64,000 nucleotides of DNA from the IMG/VR virus record IMGVR_UViG_3300021962_000032; one strand, 5' to 3'. The DNA comes from a virus. Below the pieces are notes generated by a model that worked only from the letters and a program-made list of their open reading frames with translations, had not been told where the DNA came from and made no database searches. Shown here piece by piece: positions 26,202 through 36,579 of this stretch; within the stretch, counting starts at the first letter, position 1, and each line of letters starts with the position of its first letter. The position numbers were made by a program, and so were the translations under genes.

Positions 26202-26870
26202 TTAAAAATTAGATCGAGTAAACACTATAATCTTATCGTTATTATATTTACCTAATGAAGATTGATTATGATATAAGTCAATAAAGAGCATTTCGTCAAA
26301 ATATACATCATGCCCATATTGTTTTACTTCATATACATACCTTTCTTCATCAAAATCTCTATTAATATCTTCAATAATTAAAAAAGCTCCTGGATTCAAA
26401 TAATCAATGGAGTTTCTAATAAGTCGTATTTGATCCCAAAATAAATGACTGGCATCATCTATCAATACATCAAATTTACATTTACATTTTAAAAATGATT
26501 CTTTAATAGATTCTTCATATGAAGTATGCATATAATTATAAATTACATTTCGTAATTTATCTTTTTTTGCATTTTTTAAATGTTCTTCACTTCCATCCCA
26601 AGCGTATATTTTAGCTTTTATAAAATACTCCCTCCACATCTTTATGGATGCATTACATAAAATTCCAATCTCACCAAAATTTATTTTACTATACTTGAGA
26701 TTTGAAAATAAAGTCGAATAAAATGGCGTATATGAATGCCTATAAACAGAATCATAGTACTCACAACTAGTATCATTATATGGCGTTTTATCTGTGCCAT
26801 ATTTAGATCCTATTTCACAAAGATCTGTTTTACTATCAAATAAATTTACTGATAAATGACTTACGTTCAT
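26202..26870 (-). CDS. Class I SAM-dependent methyltransferase (sugar O-methyltransferase-like)
   Basis: KYGTDK, HSYTPFY, EIGI..ASIKMWREYF, FDVLIDDASH and PGAFLIIED motifs. Confidence 0.8.
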   Translation of the reverse strand: MNVSHLSVNLFDSKTDLCEIGSKYGTDKTPYNDTSCEYYDSVYRHSYTPFYSTLFSNLKYSKINFGEIGILCNASIKMWREYFIKAKIYAWDGSEEHLKNAKKDKLRNVIYNYMHTSYEESIKESFLKCKCKFDVLIDDASHLFWDQIRLIRNSIDYLNPGAFLIIEDINRDFDEERYVYEVKQYGHDVYFDEMLFIDLYHNQSSLGKYNNDKIIVFTRSNF

Positions 26871-28045
26871 AGTTTAAATCCAGCAAGAGAATCTTTTTTG
26901 AAATCTTGCTTAATTCCACCAACCACATAAGATTCAACTTCTGTTTCCTGAGGAGCAACCTGAAGACCTTTGGAAGAAATCCAATGTTGCGTCCAAGGTA
27001 GAGGATTATTATTTGCAGCAATATCATAAACTGGTTTAAGACCTATTGCCTTTATCCTACGATTAGCAATCCATTCCACATACTGCTGAAGAAGTTTATC
27101 ATTAAGTCCAATCATACTACCATCTTTGAACAGATAATCTGCCCATTTCTTTTCTTCATTTACAGCACGATCAAACATTGCATAAACCCATTCTTCCTCT
27201 TCTTTAGCAATCTGACGCATTTCTGGATCATCACCTTCTCTCCACTTATTCAAAATATTTTGAGTGATCGCAAGATGTTGATTTTCGTCTCTTGCAATCA
27301 AGGAAATAATCTTGGCAGATCCTTCCATAAGTTTCAGTTCACCAAAAGCAAAGGAGCAAGCAAAAGAAACATAGAAACGAATACCTTCAAGGATATTCAC
27401 GTTTGCAACTGCTCGATATAACTTTCTTTTCAATTCTTTTCTATCAAACTTTCCAGCAACGTGACCTTCTCTTGCAAGTTCCCACATTGATCCAGCATCA
27501 TACTGATGAGCATGGTTAATAAAATCATCATAAGATTCGGTAACGCTCTTAGCACGTTCCAGAATACGTTGATCAGTAATAATCTTATCAAACACCTCAG
27601 AGGGATCTGAATAGATGTTCTTAATGATGTATGTGTATGAACGTGAGTGAATCATTTCCATAAATCCCCACACTTCCATACATGCTTCCAATTCAGGAAG
27701 AGAGCAATAAGGAATAAATGCCATTCCAGGACCACGACCCTGAACAGAATCAAGCATAATCTGATACTTCAGATTAGAAGTATAGATGTGTTTCTGCTCA
27801 GAACGAAGGGTTTGGTAATCTCCACGATCCTTCTGGAGAGACACTTCTTCAGGTCTCCAGAAGTATCCAAGTTGTTGAGTAGTTAGTTTATCAAAGATGG
27901 GATATTTGTATGAATCATATCTCTGAATTCCAAGTGGTTGACCAAAGAACATGGGTTGTTTTTTGGTATCAACTTGTTCAGTATTAAAAACAGTTGCTCC
28001 TCTAATTGAGGTCTCATTTTCAGAAACTTTGAAATCGTACTGCAT
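26867..28045 (-). CDS. nrdB: Ribonucleotide reductase class Ia beta subunit
   Basis: FWRPEEV, EMIHSRSY, LEGIRFYVSF, RDENQH and VAPQETE motifs. Confidence 0.97.
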   Translation of the reverse strand: MQYDFKVSENETSIRGATVFNTEQVDTKKQPMFFGQPLGIQRYDSYKYPIFDKLTTQQLGYFWRPEEVSLQKDRGDYQTLRSEQKHIYTSNLKYQIMLDSVQGRGPGMAFIPYCSLPELEACMEVWGFMEMIHSRSYTYIIKNIYSDPSEVFDKIITDQRILERAKSVTESYDDFINHAHQYDAGSMWELAREGHVAGKFDRKELKRKLYRAVANVNILEGIRFYVSFACSFAFGELKLMEGSAKIISLIARDENQHLAITQNILNKWREGDDPEMRQIAKEEEEWVYAMFDRAVNEEKKWADYLFKDGSMIGLNDKLLQQYVEWIANRRIKAIGLKPVYDIAANNNPLPWTQHWISSKGLQVAPQETEVESYVVGGIKQDFKKDSLAGFKL

Positions 28046-28083
28046 TTCCTTTTCCTCGTTTGTTAGAATTTGATTTAACATAA

Positions 28084-30378
28084 TTAGATTTTGCAACTTT
28101 CACAATCTTCTTCAATAGAAAGAAGTTCATCAAGTAAAGATCCCAGTGTCTCTTGCTTTTCTTCTACTTCATCAGTTTTTAAATCATGAGTATTTTGATA
28201 ATACGATGTTTTCCACCCATACTTATATGTTGTCAGGAAATCATTAACAATCACCGAAGTGGGAACTTCATTGTCATCATAATTTTCTGGGTTGTATGAC
28301 CAGTTACCTGAAATTGCTTGGTCAAAATATTTTTGCATCATAGCAACAACATTAATATAACCACGATTGGAATCCATCTCCCAGAGAAGAGTGTAATTGT
28401 TTTTAAGGCTTCCATATTGAGGGACAATCTGCTTAAGTGGACCCTTCTTCGATTTTTTAACGGACAAGTAATCCCGTGGAGGTTCGATTCCGTTTGTGGC
28501 ATTTGACACAACGGAACTGCTCTCCGATGGCATCTGTGCGGACAGTGTTGAGTGCCTGAGACCGTGAGCCAAGATGGATGCTCTAAGATTTTCCCAATCA
28601 TGTTGTAATGCGAGTGAAGAGATTTCGTCTACGTCTGTCTTATAGGTATCAATTGGAAGGATTCCATCCGAATACTTGGTGCGACCAAAGTATTCGCAGT
28701 GACCTTTTTCTTTTGCGAGTTGATTGGATGCTTTCAAAAGATAATACTGGAATGATTCAGACAGTCCGTTTACGGCATCCCATGCCTCCTGTGAGTCGTA
28801 TTTAAACCCAAGCTTCGCAAGGTAATGAGCAAGACCAATAAAACCGATTCCAAGGGATCTCCGTGCCTTTGTGGCAATTTCAGCAACCTTAACTGGATAC
28901 TGCTGATAATCAATCAATTCCTCAAGACCACGAACTGAAAGTTCACAAAGTTCTTCAAGTTCTTCATCCGACTTTACTTTACCAACATTAATTGCAGAGA
29001 GAATACAAAGTGCAATTTCACCACTCGTATCATCAATATGTTGAATTGGATGCGTTGGAAGAGTGATTTCTTGGCACAGATTACTCATCTCAATTTTATC
29101 CTTGAAGGACGAATGAGTATTACAGTGGTCAATATTCATAATGTAGATACGACCCGTTTCAGCACGTTCTTTGAGGAGGCTAAGAATAAGTTCCTGTGCC
29201 TTAATACTTTTCGACGGAATGGACGAATTGTTCTCATATTGAACGTATAAATCGTCAAATGCGTCTGTTCCGAAAGAATCATATAGTCCAGGTACATCAT
29301 GTGGGGAGAAAAGTGTGATCTCACCGTCCTGAATAAATCTTTCGTAGAAGAGTTTACTGATTTGAATGCTGTAGTCAAGTTTACGAACACGATTATCCTC
29401 CGTACCCTTATTATTCTTAAGAACCAGAATGTCTTCTATTTCTTGGTGCCAGATTGGGAAGTGGACAGTCGCTGATCCACCTCGGATGCCATTTTGAGTG
29501 CAGCATCGGACAGTTGCTTCAAACTTTTTGAGGAAAGGGACAACACCAGTGTGTTGAACTTCTCCACCTCGGATCTTACTGTTGATGCCCCTGATTCGAC
29601 CTGCGTTGATACCAATTCCTGCTCTTTGAGCAACATACCTGCCAATTGCCATATCAGAGCTGAAGATGCTGTCAAGGGTGTCATCAACATCAACAAGAAC
29701 GCAACTCGCAAATTGTCGAAGTGGGGTTCTAACACCCGCCATGATTGGTGTAGGAATGTTGATTTTGTGCTTTGAGATTGCGTCATAGTACCTCTTAACG
29801 TATGACATACGGGTTTCCTTTGGATACTCTGCAAAGATAGTCAGAGCAATCATGATATACATGAACTGAGGAGTTTCATATACTCCACCACCACTTCTAT
29901 CCTGAACCAAATATTTATCAACTACTTGACGAAGACCTGCATAAGTGAATAAGAAGTCACGATCATGATCAATGTAGTTATTTGCTTTCTGAATTTCTTC
30001 CTTTGAATATTTGGTAAAAATATCTGCATCATATACTTCAGAACTCACACAATTGTAAATATGTGTCTCAAGATCAGGAAGTTCATTCATTCTTCCATAA
30101 ATCTGCTTGCGAACAGAAAACAGAAGAAGACGAGCGGCAACATATTGATAGTTTGGATGGTCCAAATCAATCAAATCACTTGCACTACGAATTAGAATTT
30201 CTTGAATTTCTTGAGTAGAAATTCCGTCATAAAATTGAATCCCAGAAGTCATTTCCACTTGACTTGCAGAAACTCCAGAAAGATTTTTACATGCCTCATT
30301 CACCATCAAATGCATTTTGTCCAGATCAAGAGATTCAATTAGTCCACTTCTCTTGACGACTTTGGTTCCGTTGCTCAT
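28084..30378 (-). CDS. nrdA: Ribonucleotide reductase class Ia alpha subunit
   Basis: ATP cone, RQFASCVL, SNLCQEI, TSYYQN and C-terminal CESCKI. Confidence 0.98.
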   Translation of the reverse strand: MSNGTKVVKRSGLIESLDLDKMHLMVNEACKNLSGVSASQVEMTSGIQFYDGISTQEIQEILIRSASDLIDLDHPNYQYVAARLLLFSVRKQIYGRMNELPDLETHIYNCVSSEVYDADIFTKYSKEEIQKANNYIDHDRDFLFTYAGLRQVVDKYLVQDRSGGGVYETPQFMYIMIALTIFAEYPKETRMSYVKRYYDAISKHKINIPTPIMAGVRTPLRQFASCVLVDVDDTLDSIFSSDMAIGRYVAQRAGIGINAGRIRGINSKIRGGEVQHTGVVPFLKKFEATVRCCTQNGIRGGSATVHFPIWHQEIEDILVLKNNKGTEDNRVRKLDYSIQISKLFYERFIQDGEITLFSPHDVPGLYDSFGTDAFDDLYVQYENNSSIPSKSIKAQELILSLLKERAETGRIYIMNIDHCNTHSSFKDKIEMSNLCQEITLPTHPIQHIDDTSGEIALCILSAINVGKVKSDEELEELCELSVRGLEELIDYQQYPVKVAEIATKARRSLGIGFIGLAHYLAKLGFKYDSQEAWDAVNGLSESFQYYLLKASNQLAKEKGHCEYFGRTKYSDGILPIDTYKTDVDEISSLALQHDWENLRASILAHGLRHSTLSAQMPSESSSVVSNATNGIEPPRDYLSVKKSKKGPLKQIVPQYGSLKNNYTLLWEMDSNRGYINVVAMMQKYFDQAISGNWSYNPENYDDNEVPTSVIVNDFLTTYKYGWKTSYYQNTHDLKTDEVEEKQETLGSLLDELLSIEEDCESCKI

Positions 30379-31343
30379 ATTTTTTTCCAGTTGATAAACT
30401 TAAGTTTTGCTTCTAATCCTTGATAAGTACTACATTCTACCATATTCTGAACATTCAGTCCAGATAAAACCATATCATTAATGTCCTTTTCTTCAACTCC
30501 AGTGTCCCATATCACTACCTTATCTCCCATGTCGATTGTTTTGGAGATTCTGTTGACGATTTCTCGATTGCGTGGTTCGTTATCATAAATGTAAACAACA
30601 CTGCTCCAACCAAACGAGCTAATATCAATATCGGCCCCACACATAGCAACAGAGTTTTTAATAAAGGTCGAGTCGAAAGGTCCTTCAGTAATGTAAATTG
30701 TTTCATCTGAATTTACTTCATCAAGTCCGTAAATTTTTGGTGCATCTTCGTCCAGCATAATGGTAATGTATTTTACCTGACTTGGACCGATAGCTCTCCC
30801 CTGAAATCCAATTAATTTCTTTTTATAAAAAAGTGGTATGATAATTCTCTCCTCATCATAATTTGTATTATCAAAGGTTTGTTGAAGAGAATTAGTCCAC
30901 TTTTTAAAATTGGGGGTGTAATAAAATTTATATGGGTTTAGATTTCTACTTTTTAGATATTCATTTGCCCTATCATTTTCAGATGCTTTTGGAAGATCTA
31001 CAGTTTCACGAAACTCTGGCTTTTCAAATTCAAACTTAGGATCTTCTGTTTGAAAATTCTTCCCGCTTACTCCACTTTTATACTTTTCAAATACATATTG
31101 TTTATGAAGATTTGCATCAATATCCTTTAAAAAATTATTAAAGGACATATTAACTCCACAATTATGGCATTTGTAGTTTGTATTATTTTTGATTTGGTAA
31201 AGGTATCCTCTTGCCTTATTTTTATTCTTCTGGGAATCTCCGCAAATAGGACAACGGAAGTTATAAAGATTACTCTTTACTCTTTTAAATTTTTGAAATT
31301 TAGATCCAAGAAAATTGATGTATTTGACATCAATAAAATCCAT
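30375..31343 (-). CDS. 61: DNA primase (T4 gp61-like)
   Basis: FRCPICGDS, KCHNCG, EGPFDS, DNEPRN and KDINDM motifs. Confidence 0.95.
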   Translation of the reverse strand: MDFIDVKYINFLGSKFQKFKRVKSNLYNFRCPICGDSQKNKNKARGYLYQIKNNTNYKCHNCGVNMSFNNFLKDIDANLHKQYVFEKYKSGVSGKNFQTEDPKFEFEKPEFRETVDLPKASENDRANEYLKSRNLNPYKFYYTPNFKKWTNSLQQTFDNTNYDEERIIIPLFYKKKLIGFQGRAIGPSQVKYITIMLDEDAPKIYGLDEVNSDETIYITEGPFDSTFIKNSVAMCGADIDISSFGWSSVVYIYDNEPRNREIVNRISKTIDMGDKVVIWDTGVEEKDINDMVLSGLNVQNMVECSTYQGLEAKLKFINWKKI

Positions 31344-31366
31344 AACGAAAGTCCATATCTCTGGAC

Positions 31367-31395
31367 ATTCTACACGACTGGACGATCTCTGTCAA
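31367..31395 (-). promoter_or_regulatory. Sigma70-type promoter for primase-nrdAB
   Basis: TTGACA-N17-TAGAAT. Confidence 0.75.
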
Positions 31396-31521
31396 TCAAC
31401 CCCTTTCGATGCAGCAGGATGAAATGATGGATGTCCACTTAACTACAGAATTAGTAAATTTTTGAAGATAATATGTCGATACTTTAGTATTATCTTTTAT
31501 CTTTAAATATTCTTTTTTCAT
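31396..31521 (-). CDS. Small ORF, 41 aa (not in ORF track)
   Basis: MKKEYLKIKDNTKVSTYYLQKFTNSVVKWTSIISSCCIERG, downstream of an ATAAATA motif. Confidence 0.45.
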   Translation of the reverse strand: MKKEYLKIKDNTKVSTYYLQKFTNSVVKWTSIISSCCIERG

Positions 31522-31553
31522 CGGAACTGATGCCCGAAATTTAATAATATTTA

Positions 31554-31985
31554 TTATTTCTTCGTCTCTATTCTATAATTTGGTTGATTATCTGGCGTCA
31601 AAATATCTACAACCATACCAGATTGAGAAAATACAAAACTTATAATAATTACTGCTCCAGCAATTATCCAACGAAACTTAATAAGGTCTTCTATTTTTAG
31701 TTCTAATTTTTGAATTCTTTCTACGACTGCCTTGTGATCATCCTTATTTTCAGTTTTTAATTCATCAAGTTGTTTGGCAAAATTCTCATCATTCTTAATT
31801 GTCTGATCAATTCTTTCATCATGCTTACTAAGAATTGTAGCAATTTTATTATTTGCTTCAGATATTTTATCAACAGCTACTTCTAATTTATCCATCATTT
31901 GTCTAGATAAATCTTCGTAAATGTTGAACTTTGCTTCCAAAACATCTAATTTTGAAAGGTCTGACCTTCTTAATTGGAACGGCAT
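31554..31985 (-). CDS. Coiled-coil protein with C-terminal TM helix
   Basis: Heptad-rich body, then KFRWIIAGAVIIISFVF. Confidence 0.7.
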   Translation of the reverse strand: MPFQLRRSDLSKLDVLEAKFNIYEDLSRQMMDKLEVAVDKISEANNKIATILSKHDERIDQTIKNDENFAKQLDELKTENKDDHKAVVERIQKLELKIEDLIKFRWIIAGAVIIISFVFSQSGMVVDILTPDNQPNYRIETKK

Positions 31986-32033
31986 CTTACATACTACCAA
32001 TTTATACGTCACGTAGTCATCCTTTTGTATTAA

Positions 32034-32237
32034 TTATTTATTTTTTAAAGATTTTACCCAATTCTTATAATCTTTAGGAACTTTACGAAAATCGACACTT
32101 CCTTTCTTTTTGTTTCGGAATCCTAATAGAGGATCAAATCCGGCAGTTGGTCCTTGCGCTGGAGAAGATCCAGTAAATCCACCGCCTCCGACAACCATAT
32201 TTTCCTTTATTATGGAAATCATTTTGTCTATCTTCAT
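32034..32237 (-). CDS. Conserved cyanophage hypothetical protein
   Basis: GGFTGSS...GPTAGFDP motif. Confidence 0.7.
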   Translation of the reverse strand: MKIDKMISIIKENMVVGGGGFTGSSPAQGPTAGFDPLLGFRNKKKGSVDFRKVPKDYKNWVKSLKNK

Positions 32238-32614
32238 GATTCTCCCAATCTAATTAGTTCTCCCATTATATTTTCATCTACAGGAATGTCATGAATATAG
32301 CATCTTGGAGTTGGTGGCAATCTATTCATAAACACTATGAATGTTTTTATGCAACTCCAAAGTTCCTTTTCTGATTTAAAGAAAAACATTGGAGTTGCAG
32401 CTTCTCCAAAAATATTATATAAAATTATAAAATGATTGATGAGTAGATTGCATCGTAATTCCCCAGTATTTTTATATCTTTTTAAGAGACGTTTAATATA
32501 CTTGAAATGATTCAAATCTTTATAAAAATCCTCTTCAGTAACTGCTTGAGGGTTTTCATAATTTTTGATGGCAAAAATTAAAAAATTACTTTCATCTAAC
32601 TCATCAAATAACAT
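32234..32614 (-). CDS. Conserved T4-like phage hypothetical protein
   Basis: FAIKNYENP..F..DL..FKYIKRLL..NHFIILYNIFG motif. Confidence 0.8.
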   Translation of the reverse strand: MLFDELDESNFLIFAIKNYENPQAVTEEDFYKDLNHFKYIKRLLKRYKNTGELRCNLLINHFIILYNIFGEAATPMFFFKSEKELWSCIKTFIVFMNRLPPTPRCYIHDIPVDENIMGELIRLGES

Positions 32615-32631
32615 ATTATTATATTATACTA

Positions 32632-33417
32632 TTATACAAATGGATTTCCGTCATAAAGTGGAGCATTTCCGGTTTGAATTCCAGACATTGCTACTAATAC
32701 TTCCTTTTTAACTCTCAATTCTCCATGGCAATCTACATAAGTCGTTACACCAACCCATCCAGCATGAGTTAACTCATACTTAGTTGCGTGTGCTGCGGTA
32801 ACTCCAGCTCCAGCAACACCATAAACATCTCTACTATACCCACCAACATATCTCTTAAATGTAAGAGTTGCTCCTGTAGCAATGCCAACAGAAATTGTTG
32901 ATGCAAGTCCGACATTTGTAGCACTAATGGAAGCAATACGAATATCATTTCCACCATTCAATAAAGTATCACCAACAACAATGTCTTTACCTGTTGTTAC
33001 CGTATAAACAGTGCTGTAACCAACAGGAGAGTTAGTTGTTGCAGTTCCAGTAACTCCAAAATTAGTTAAAGTTGGAGCAGAATCAAGAGCATTACTAAAA
33101 CTATAATCACCAACAGTATATTTTGGAAGTTCGCTGATTGTAAAGTTAGCTCCAGCAATAGCAGCACCACTCAATCCAGAAGTTGATGCAATAGAAATCT
33201 GTTGTGTTGAAGCAATAGATACGATTACAGCATCTCCAATATATGTACTATCACCTCTTCCAATTCTAATTACATCGCCAGTTTTTGCAGACCCAACTTG
33301 CCCAAAAAGAGTGCCCCATCCATTTACAACAACATTTCCATATACATCTGTTGTAACATAGTCGCAGGTTACAATACCTGCTGATGATACATTGTCATTA
33401 TTTCCCCAGAGTGCCAT
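32632..33417 (-). CDS. Virion structural protein
   Basis: MALWGNND start, HAGWVG...RVKKEVLVAMS, Gly/Thr-rich, late promoter at 33452-33459. Confidence 0.75.
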   Translation of the reverse strand: MALWGNNDNVSSAGIVTCDYVTTDVYGNVVVNGWGTLFGQVGSAKTGDVIRIGRGDSTYIGDAVIVSIASTQQISIASTSGLSGAAIAGANFTISELPKYTVGDYSFSNALDSAPTLTNFGVTGTATTNSPVGYSTVYTVTTGKDIVVGDTLLNGGNDIRIASISATNVGLASTISVGIATGATLTFKRYVGGYSRDVYGVAGAGVTAAHATKYELTHAGWVGVTTYVDCHGELRVKKEVLVAMSGIQTGNAPLYDGNPFV

Positions 33418-33451
33418 GTTTCTTCTTCCGTAATTTTAGGATCTATAGAGA

Positions 33452-33489
33452 TATTTATAAAAAATGGGGAGTTCAATTATCTCCCCATT
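33452..33489 (-). terminator. Terminator fused to late promoter TATAAATA
   Basis: AATGGGGAG...CTCCCCATT, U-tract, then TATAAATA. Confidence 0.7.
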
Positions 33490-33516
33490 AAATTATTTTT
33501 CTGTATTTATTTATTA

Positions 33517-33708
33517 TCAGTCGTTTGCTGTTGGATCGACAGCATCTTTTGTTTTGAGAAAATCTTGACCTTTCAACAATAAGAATGAAAGAATTCCATT
33601 TGCTTTTATAGCTGGAATAGCACCAAGAAATTCCGAGAGAATCAGAAGAATTGTTGCTACGGCAGCTTCATTTGCCATTACCCAAGCCCAGATTGCAGCT
33701 ACTGACAT
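33517..33708 (-). CDS. Small membrane protein (possible holin-like)
   Basis: Hydrophobic 63 aa, AGGAGGT ribosome-binding site, own late promoter and terminator. Confidence 0.7.
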   Translation of the reverse strand: MSVAAIWAWVMANEAAVATILLILSEFLGAIPAIKANGILSFLLLKGQDFLKTKDAVDPTAND

Positions 33709-33760
33709 AATTTACCTCCTAAGATTTAAGTCATTACAACCAACTATATTTATAAATTAA

Positions 33761-36532
33761 TTATCTTAAACGAGGGTTTCTTTCTCTAGCACTTAAAGAT
33801 GGATGATCATCTAAACGACTTCTTCTTGGTGGATTTTCATCATCATACTCATCTTTCGATCTCGTTGCACCCTTATGAAGTCCAGTATCTCCGGGTGCTT
33901 TTTGTCTTTCCAAAGTAGCATCTTTTCTCAGTAGTTGAGCACTACCAAGATCACTTGCCTGAACTTCTTTTTTGGATCTGGTGCGGGTCAAACCTCCCCT
34001 TTGTGCCTCTCTTTTTTCAATTGCTCTTGCTGCCCATCCAAGTTTTGTTTCATCAATAGAATCACCTTCCATTTCGTAAGAAGATGTATCAAGTGGCAAT
34101 TTACCTTGCTTTACAAGATTCAATTCTAAATTTTGAGTTTGAGTTTTTTTGTTAACTAATTTTTTTTTTAATTCTGCTTGCTTTTTGGCAACAGGATCAA
34201 CTTCTTCATTTTTTGCCTTCCAGGCAGTGGCATATGCAATGGATTTTTCTTTATCACTCAAACCACCTTTTTTAGCATAGTTTTTTTTAATATGCTTTAC
34301 CATTCTTTCAAACTTTGCTCCTGGAGGTGCTTTTTCCTCAAGATCAACTTCTTCAGATTTCACACACTTATCTTTTCCATTTTTAGTTCCAGCATACTTA
34401 TATCCTTTCCAACAAGCTTTACCATCAGCACCTTGCTCTTTACCCTCTTTATTCTTTGCTTCATTGAGGAACATTTCCTCTACCATAAAGTTTGATTCAA
34501 ATACTAAGAAAGCAACATTTTCATCAAGATTAACTTCTTCAAGTAGTGCTTCCATCCACTCTTCAAATTCTTCTCTCTTATATGCTCTTGGACTTGATGC
34601 AGCACTTCCTCCCTTTGCCCATGCTTTATCAGTTTCTGGATTTCCAGACCATGGATCTCTTTCTGGAGTGTTTGGTTTTTTAATTGGAGTAGATGGTTTC
34701 TTTCTTTGTGGAGTATAAGGTGAATCTCCCGACTTCCCACTTGCCATTGCAGCACGATGGGCATCCATTCTCTGCTTAGCAAGTTGCTGTCTTTCAGATG
34801 GTTTTGGAGTAAGAAGTCCTCTCAAGGCACTTCCAATTCCTTCATCAAGATCTTCTGGAAGGTATGTGTCAATTAAATACCCCTCAGGATATTCGGATAC
34901 ATCATAACCTTCAGAAATTAATTCATTAATCCAAAGATCATAATCTTCTCTCATTTTCTTAATAAATGTTCCTGCAGCACGACCTGCCGCAGCAGCATTA
35001 CTCTTTCCAGCAACTTTAGAACCAATTCCTGCTCCCGCTGCTGCTACAGTTGCTTTAGCAGTTTTAGCAATTCCTGCCTTTACTTTTTGTCCAGCTTCAC
35101 TCTTACCAAACTCCTGACCAGCACGATGAACTGCTTTTGCAGCACCCACAGCAGCACCAGCGGCAGTTCCAGCAGCTCTTGCCACTCTTCTTTCATGCTC
35201 CTTCCCAACTTCCCTTGCAGTTTGCCATGACTGCTTCAGATGTCCAATAATACCCTTCTTAACTTCTTTCTTAGTTCCTTCTGAGGACTTATTGGATGCT
35301 GGTGCTTGTGATGATTTTGCGTTTTCAATACTCTTTTCAGTTTTTGCTTTTTTCAATCCAGAAGAAACCTTTGCTTTCTCAGATTGACTCTTAAGTGCTG
35401 CAGTCATTCCAGATGGTTTTGCAGCAGATGCAGATGATTCTGCTTCTCTTCTTTTTTCCTTTTCACCACGAAGACGCTTAATTGCTGCAGTTTTTGCACC
35501 ACCTTTTAATGATCCAACATCCTTTCCAGATTTTGTAGTTGGTTCAATACGTCCACTTCTTCTTGCTTCATCAAGATCAAGAATATAATCAACAAACTCA
35601 TCTACACCAATATCTTCGATGAGAATATTGATTCCATTTTCATTCAAACCTTCAGCATAAAAATATTCTGTTGCAAAATCAGCAACTTCTTCAATATAAT
35701 TTTCACCAAGATCTACAGATTCTACAAGTTCTCCACCAAGAGCATATGCAACTTCTTCCGAGTTTATTTCTGGATTTACATTTACTTTTTTATCTTTATA
35801 ATTATCAACTGATTTTTCTTTTATTTCTTTTTGCTGAATATCATTAATTTTTTCAACTACTTCACGAATTTCTTCTCTCCATGAAGAGAACGATTCTTTT
35901 TTAGTTCCTTTTTTAGACATTGCTTTTTTAACAGCATTGTCTTTTACTCCAGCATACTCATGACCATCTGGCTCTACAGTGCCATCCCTATCCTTATCAC
36001 CTACAGTATTTTTACCAGTTGCTGGACCATATTTTTTTTCATACTTTTCACCAGCACCGTCATAAGGACTTCCATGCTTAGTTACAGTAGTCACAATCCC
36101 CTTGTTCTGCAAACTATGTCTCTTTTTACGATCTTTTTCACTTGAAGGATCAAACTTCTTAACGTATGGCTTTTCTCCAGTTTTTCTACTTCTTGGATCA
36201 ACTCTCAAATAATGCTTTCCTGCGTCTGCTTCTTCTTTTACAGGTCCACCAGAAGCACCAAGACCCAGTTTCTCTCTGACTGCTGCCTTCTCATTAGCAG
36301 GCATCGAAGTATGAGACATGTACTGAGAATATGCCTGATCTACACCAATTTCTTCTCTTCTTGCACGATATCTAATATCATAAACAGCCTGCCTAATTCT
36401 CTTGGCAGATTGATCACCCAATGCCGGTGCTCCACCTTTTGCTTCACCACCACCATCTTCTTTTTTTCCTAATTGAGGTTCCATCTCGGTGAGATAGGAC
36501 TCATAAAGATCTTGTGCGATATGGGATAACAT
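33761..36532 (-). CDS. Large late protein with alternating acidic and basic segments (candidate internal head protein)
   Basis: IRQAVYDIRYRARRE, CWKGYK..G.K and YATAWK modules; late promoter upstream. Confidence 0.75.
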   Translation of the reverse strand: MLSHIAQDLYESYLTEMEPQLGKKEDGGGEAKGGAPALGDQSAKRIRQAVYDIRYRARREEIGVDQAYSQYMSHTSMPANEKAAVREKLGLGASGGPVKEEADAGKHYLRVDPRSRKTGEKPYVKKFDPSSEKDRKKRHSLQNKGIVTTVTKHGSPYDGAGEKYEKKYGPATGKNTVGDKDRDGTVEPDGHEYAGVKDNAVKKAMSKKGTKKESFSSWREEIREVVEKINDIQQKEIKEKSVDNYKDKKVNVNPEINSEEVAYALGGELVESVDLGENYIEEVADFATEYFYAEGLNENGINILIEDIGVDEFVDYILDLDEARRSGRIEPTTKSGKDVGSLKGGAKTAAIKRLRGEKEKRREAESSASAAKPSGMTAALKSQSEKAKVSSGLKKAKTEKSIENAKSSQAPASNKSSEGTKKEVKKGIIGHLKQSWQTAREVGKEHERRVARAAGTAAGAAVGAAKAVHRAGQEFGKSEAGQKVKAGIAKTAKATVAAAGAGIGSKVAGKSNAAAAGRAAGTFIKKMREDYDLWINELISEGYDVSEYPEGYLIDTYLPEDLDEGIGSALRGLLTPKPSERQQLAKQRMDAHRAAMASGKSGDSPYTPQRKKPSTPIKKPNTPERDPWSGNPETDKAWAKGGSAASSPRAYKREEFEEWMEALLEEVNLDENVAFLVFESNFMVEEMFLNEAKNKEGKEQGADGKACWKGYKYAGTKNGKDKCVKSEEVDLEEKAPPGAKFERMVKHIKKNYAKKGGLSDKEKSIAYATAWKAKNEEVDPVAKKQAELKKKLVNKKTQTQNLELNLVKQGKLPLDTSSYEMEGDSIDETKLGWAARAIEKREAQRGGLTRTRSKKEVQASDLGSAQLLRKDATLERQKAPGDTGLHKGATRSKDEYDDENPPRRSRLDDHPSLSARERNPRLR

Positions 36533-36579
36533 GTTATTTTTTAATTATTTTCCTTGTATTTATTTATAAAATATTCAAA

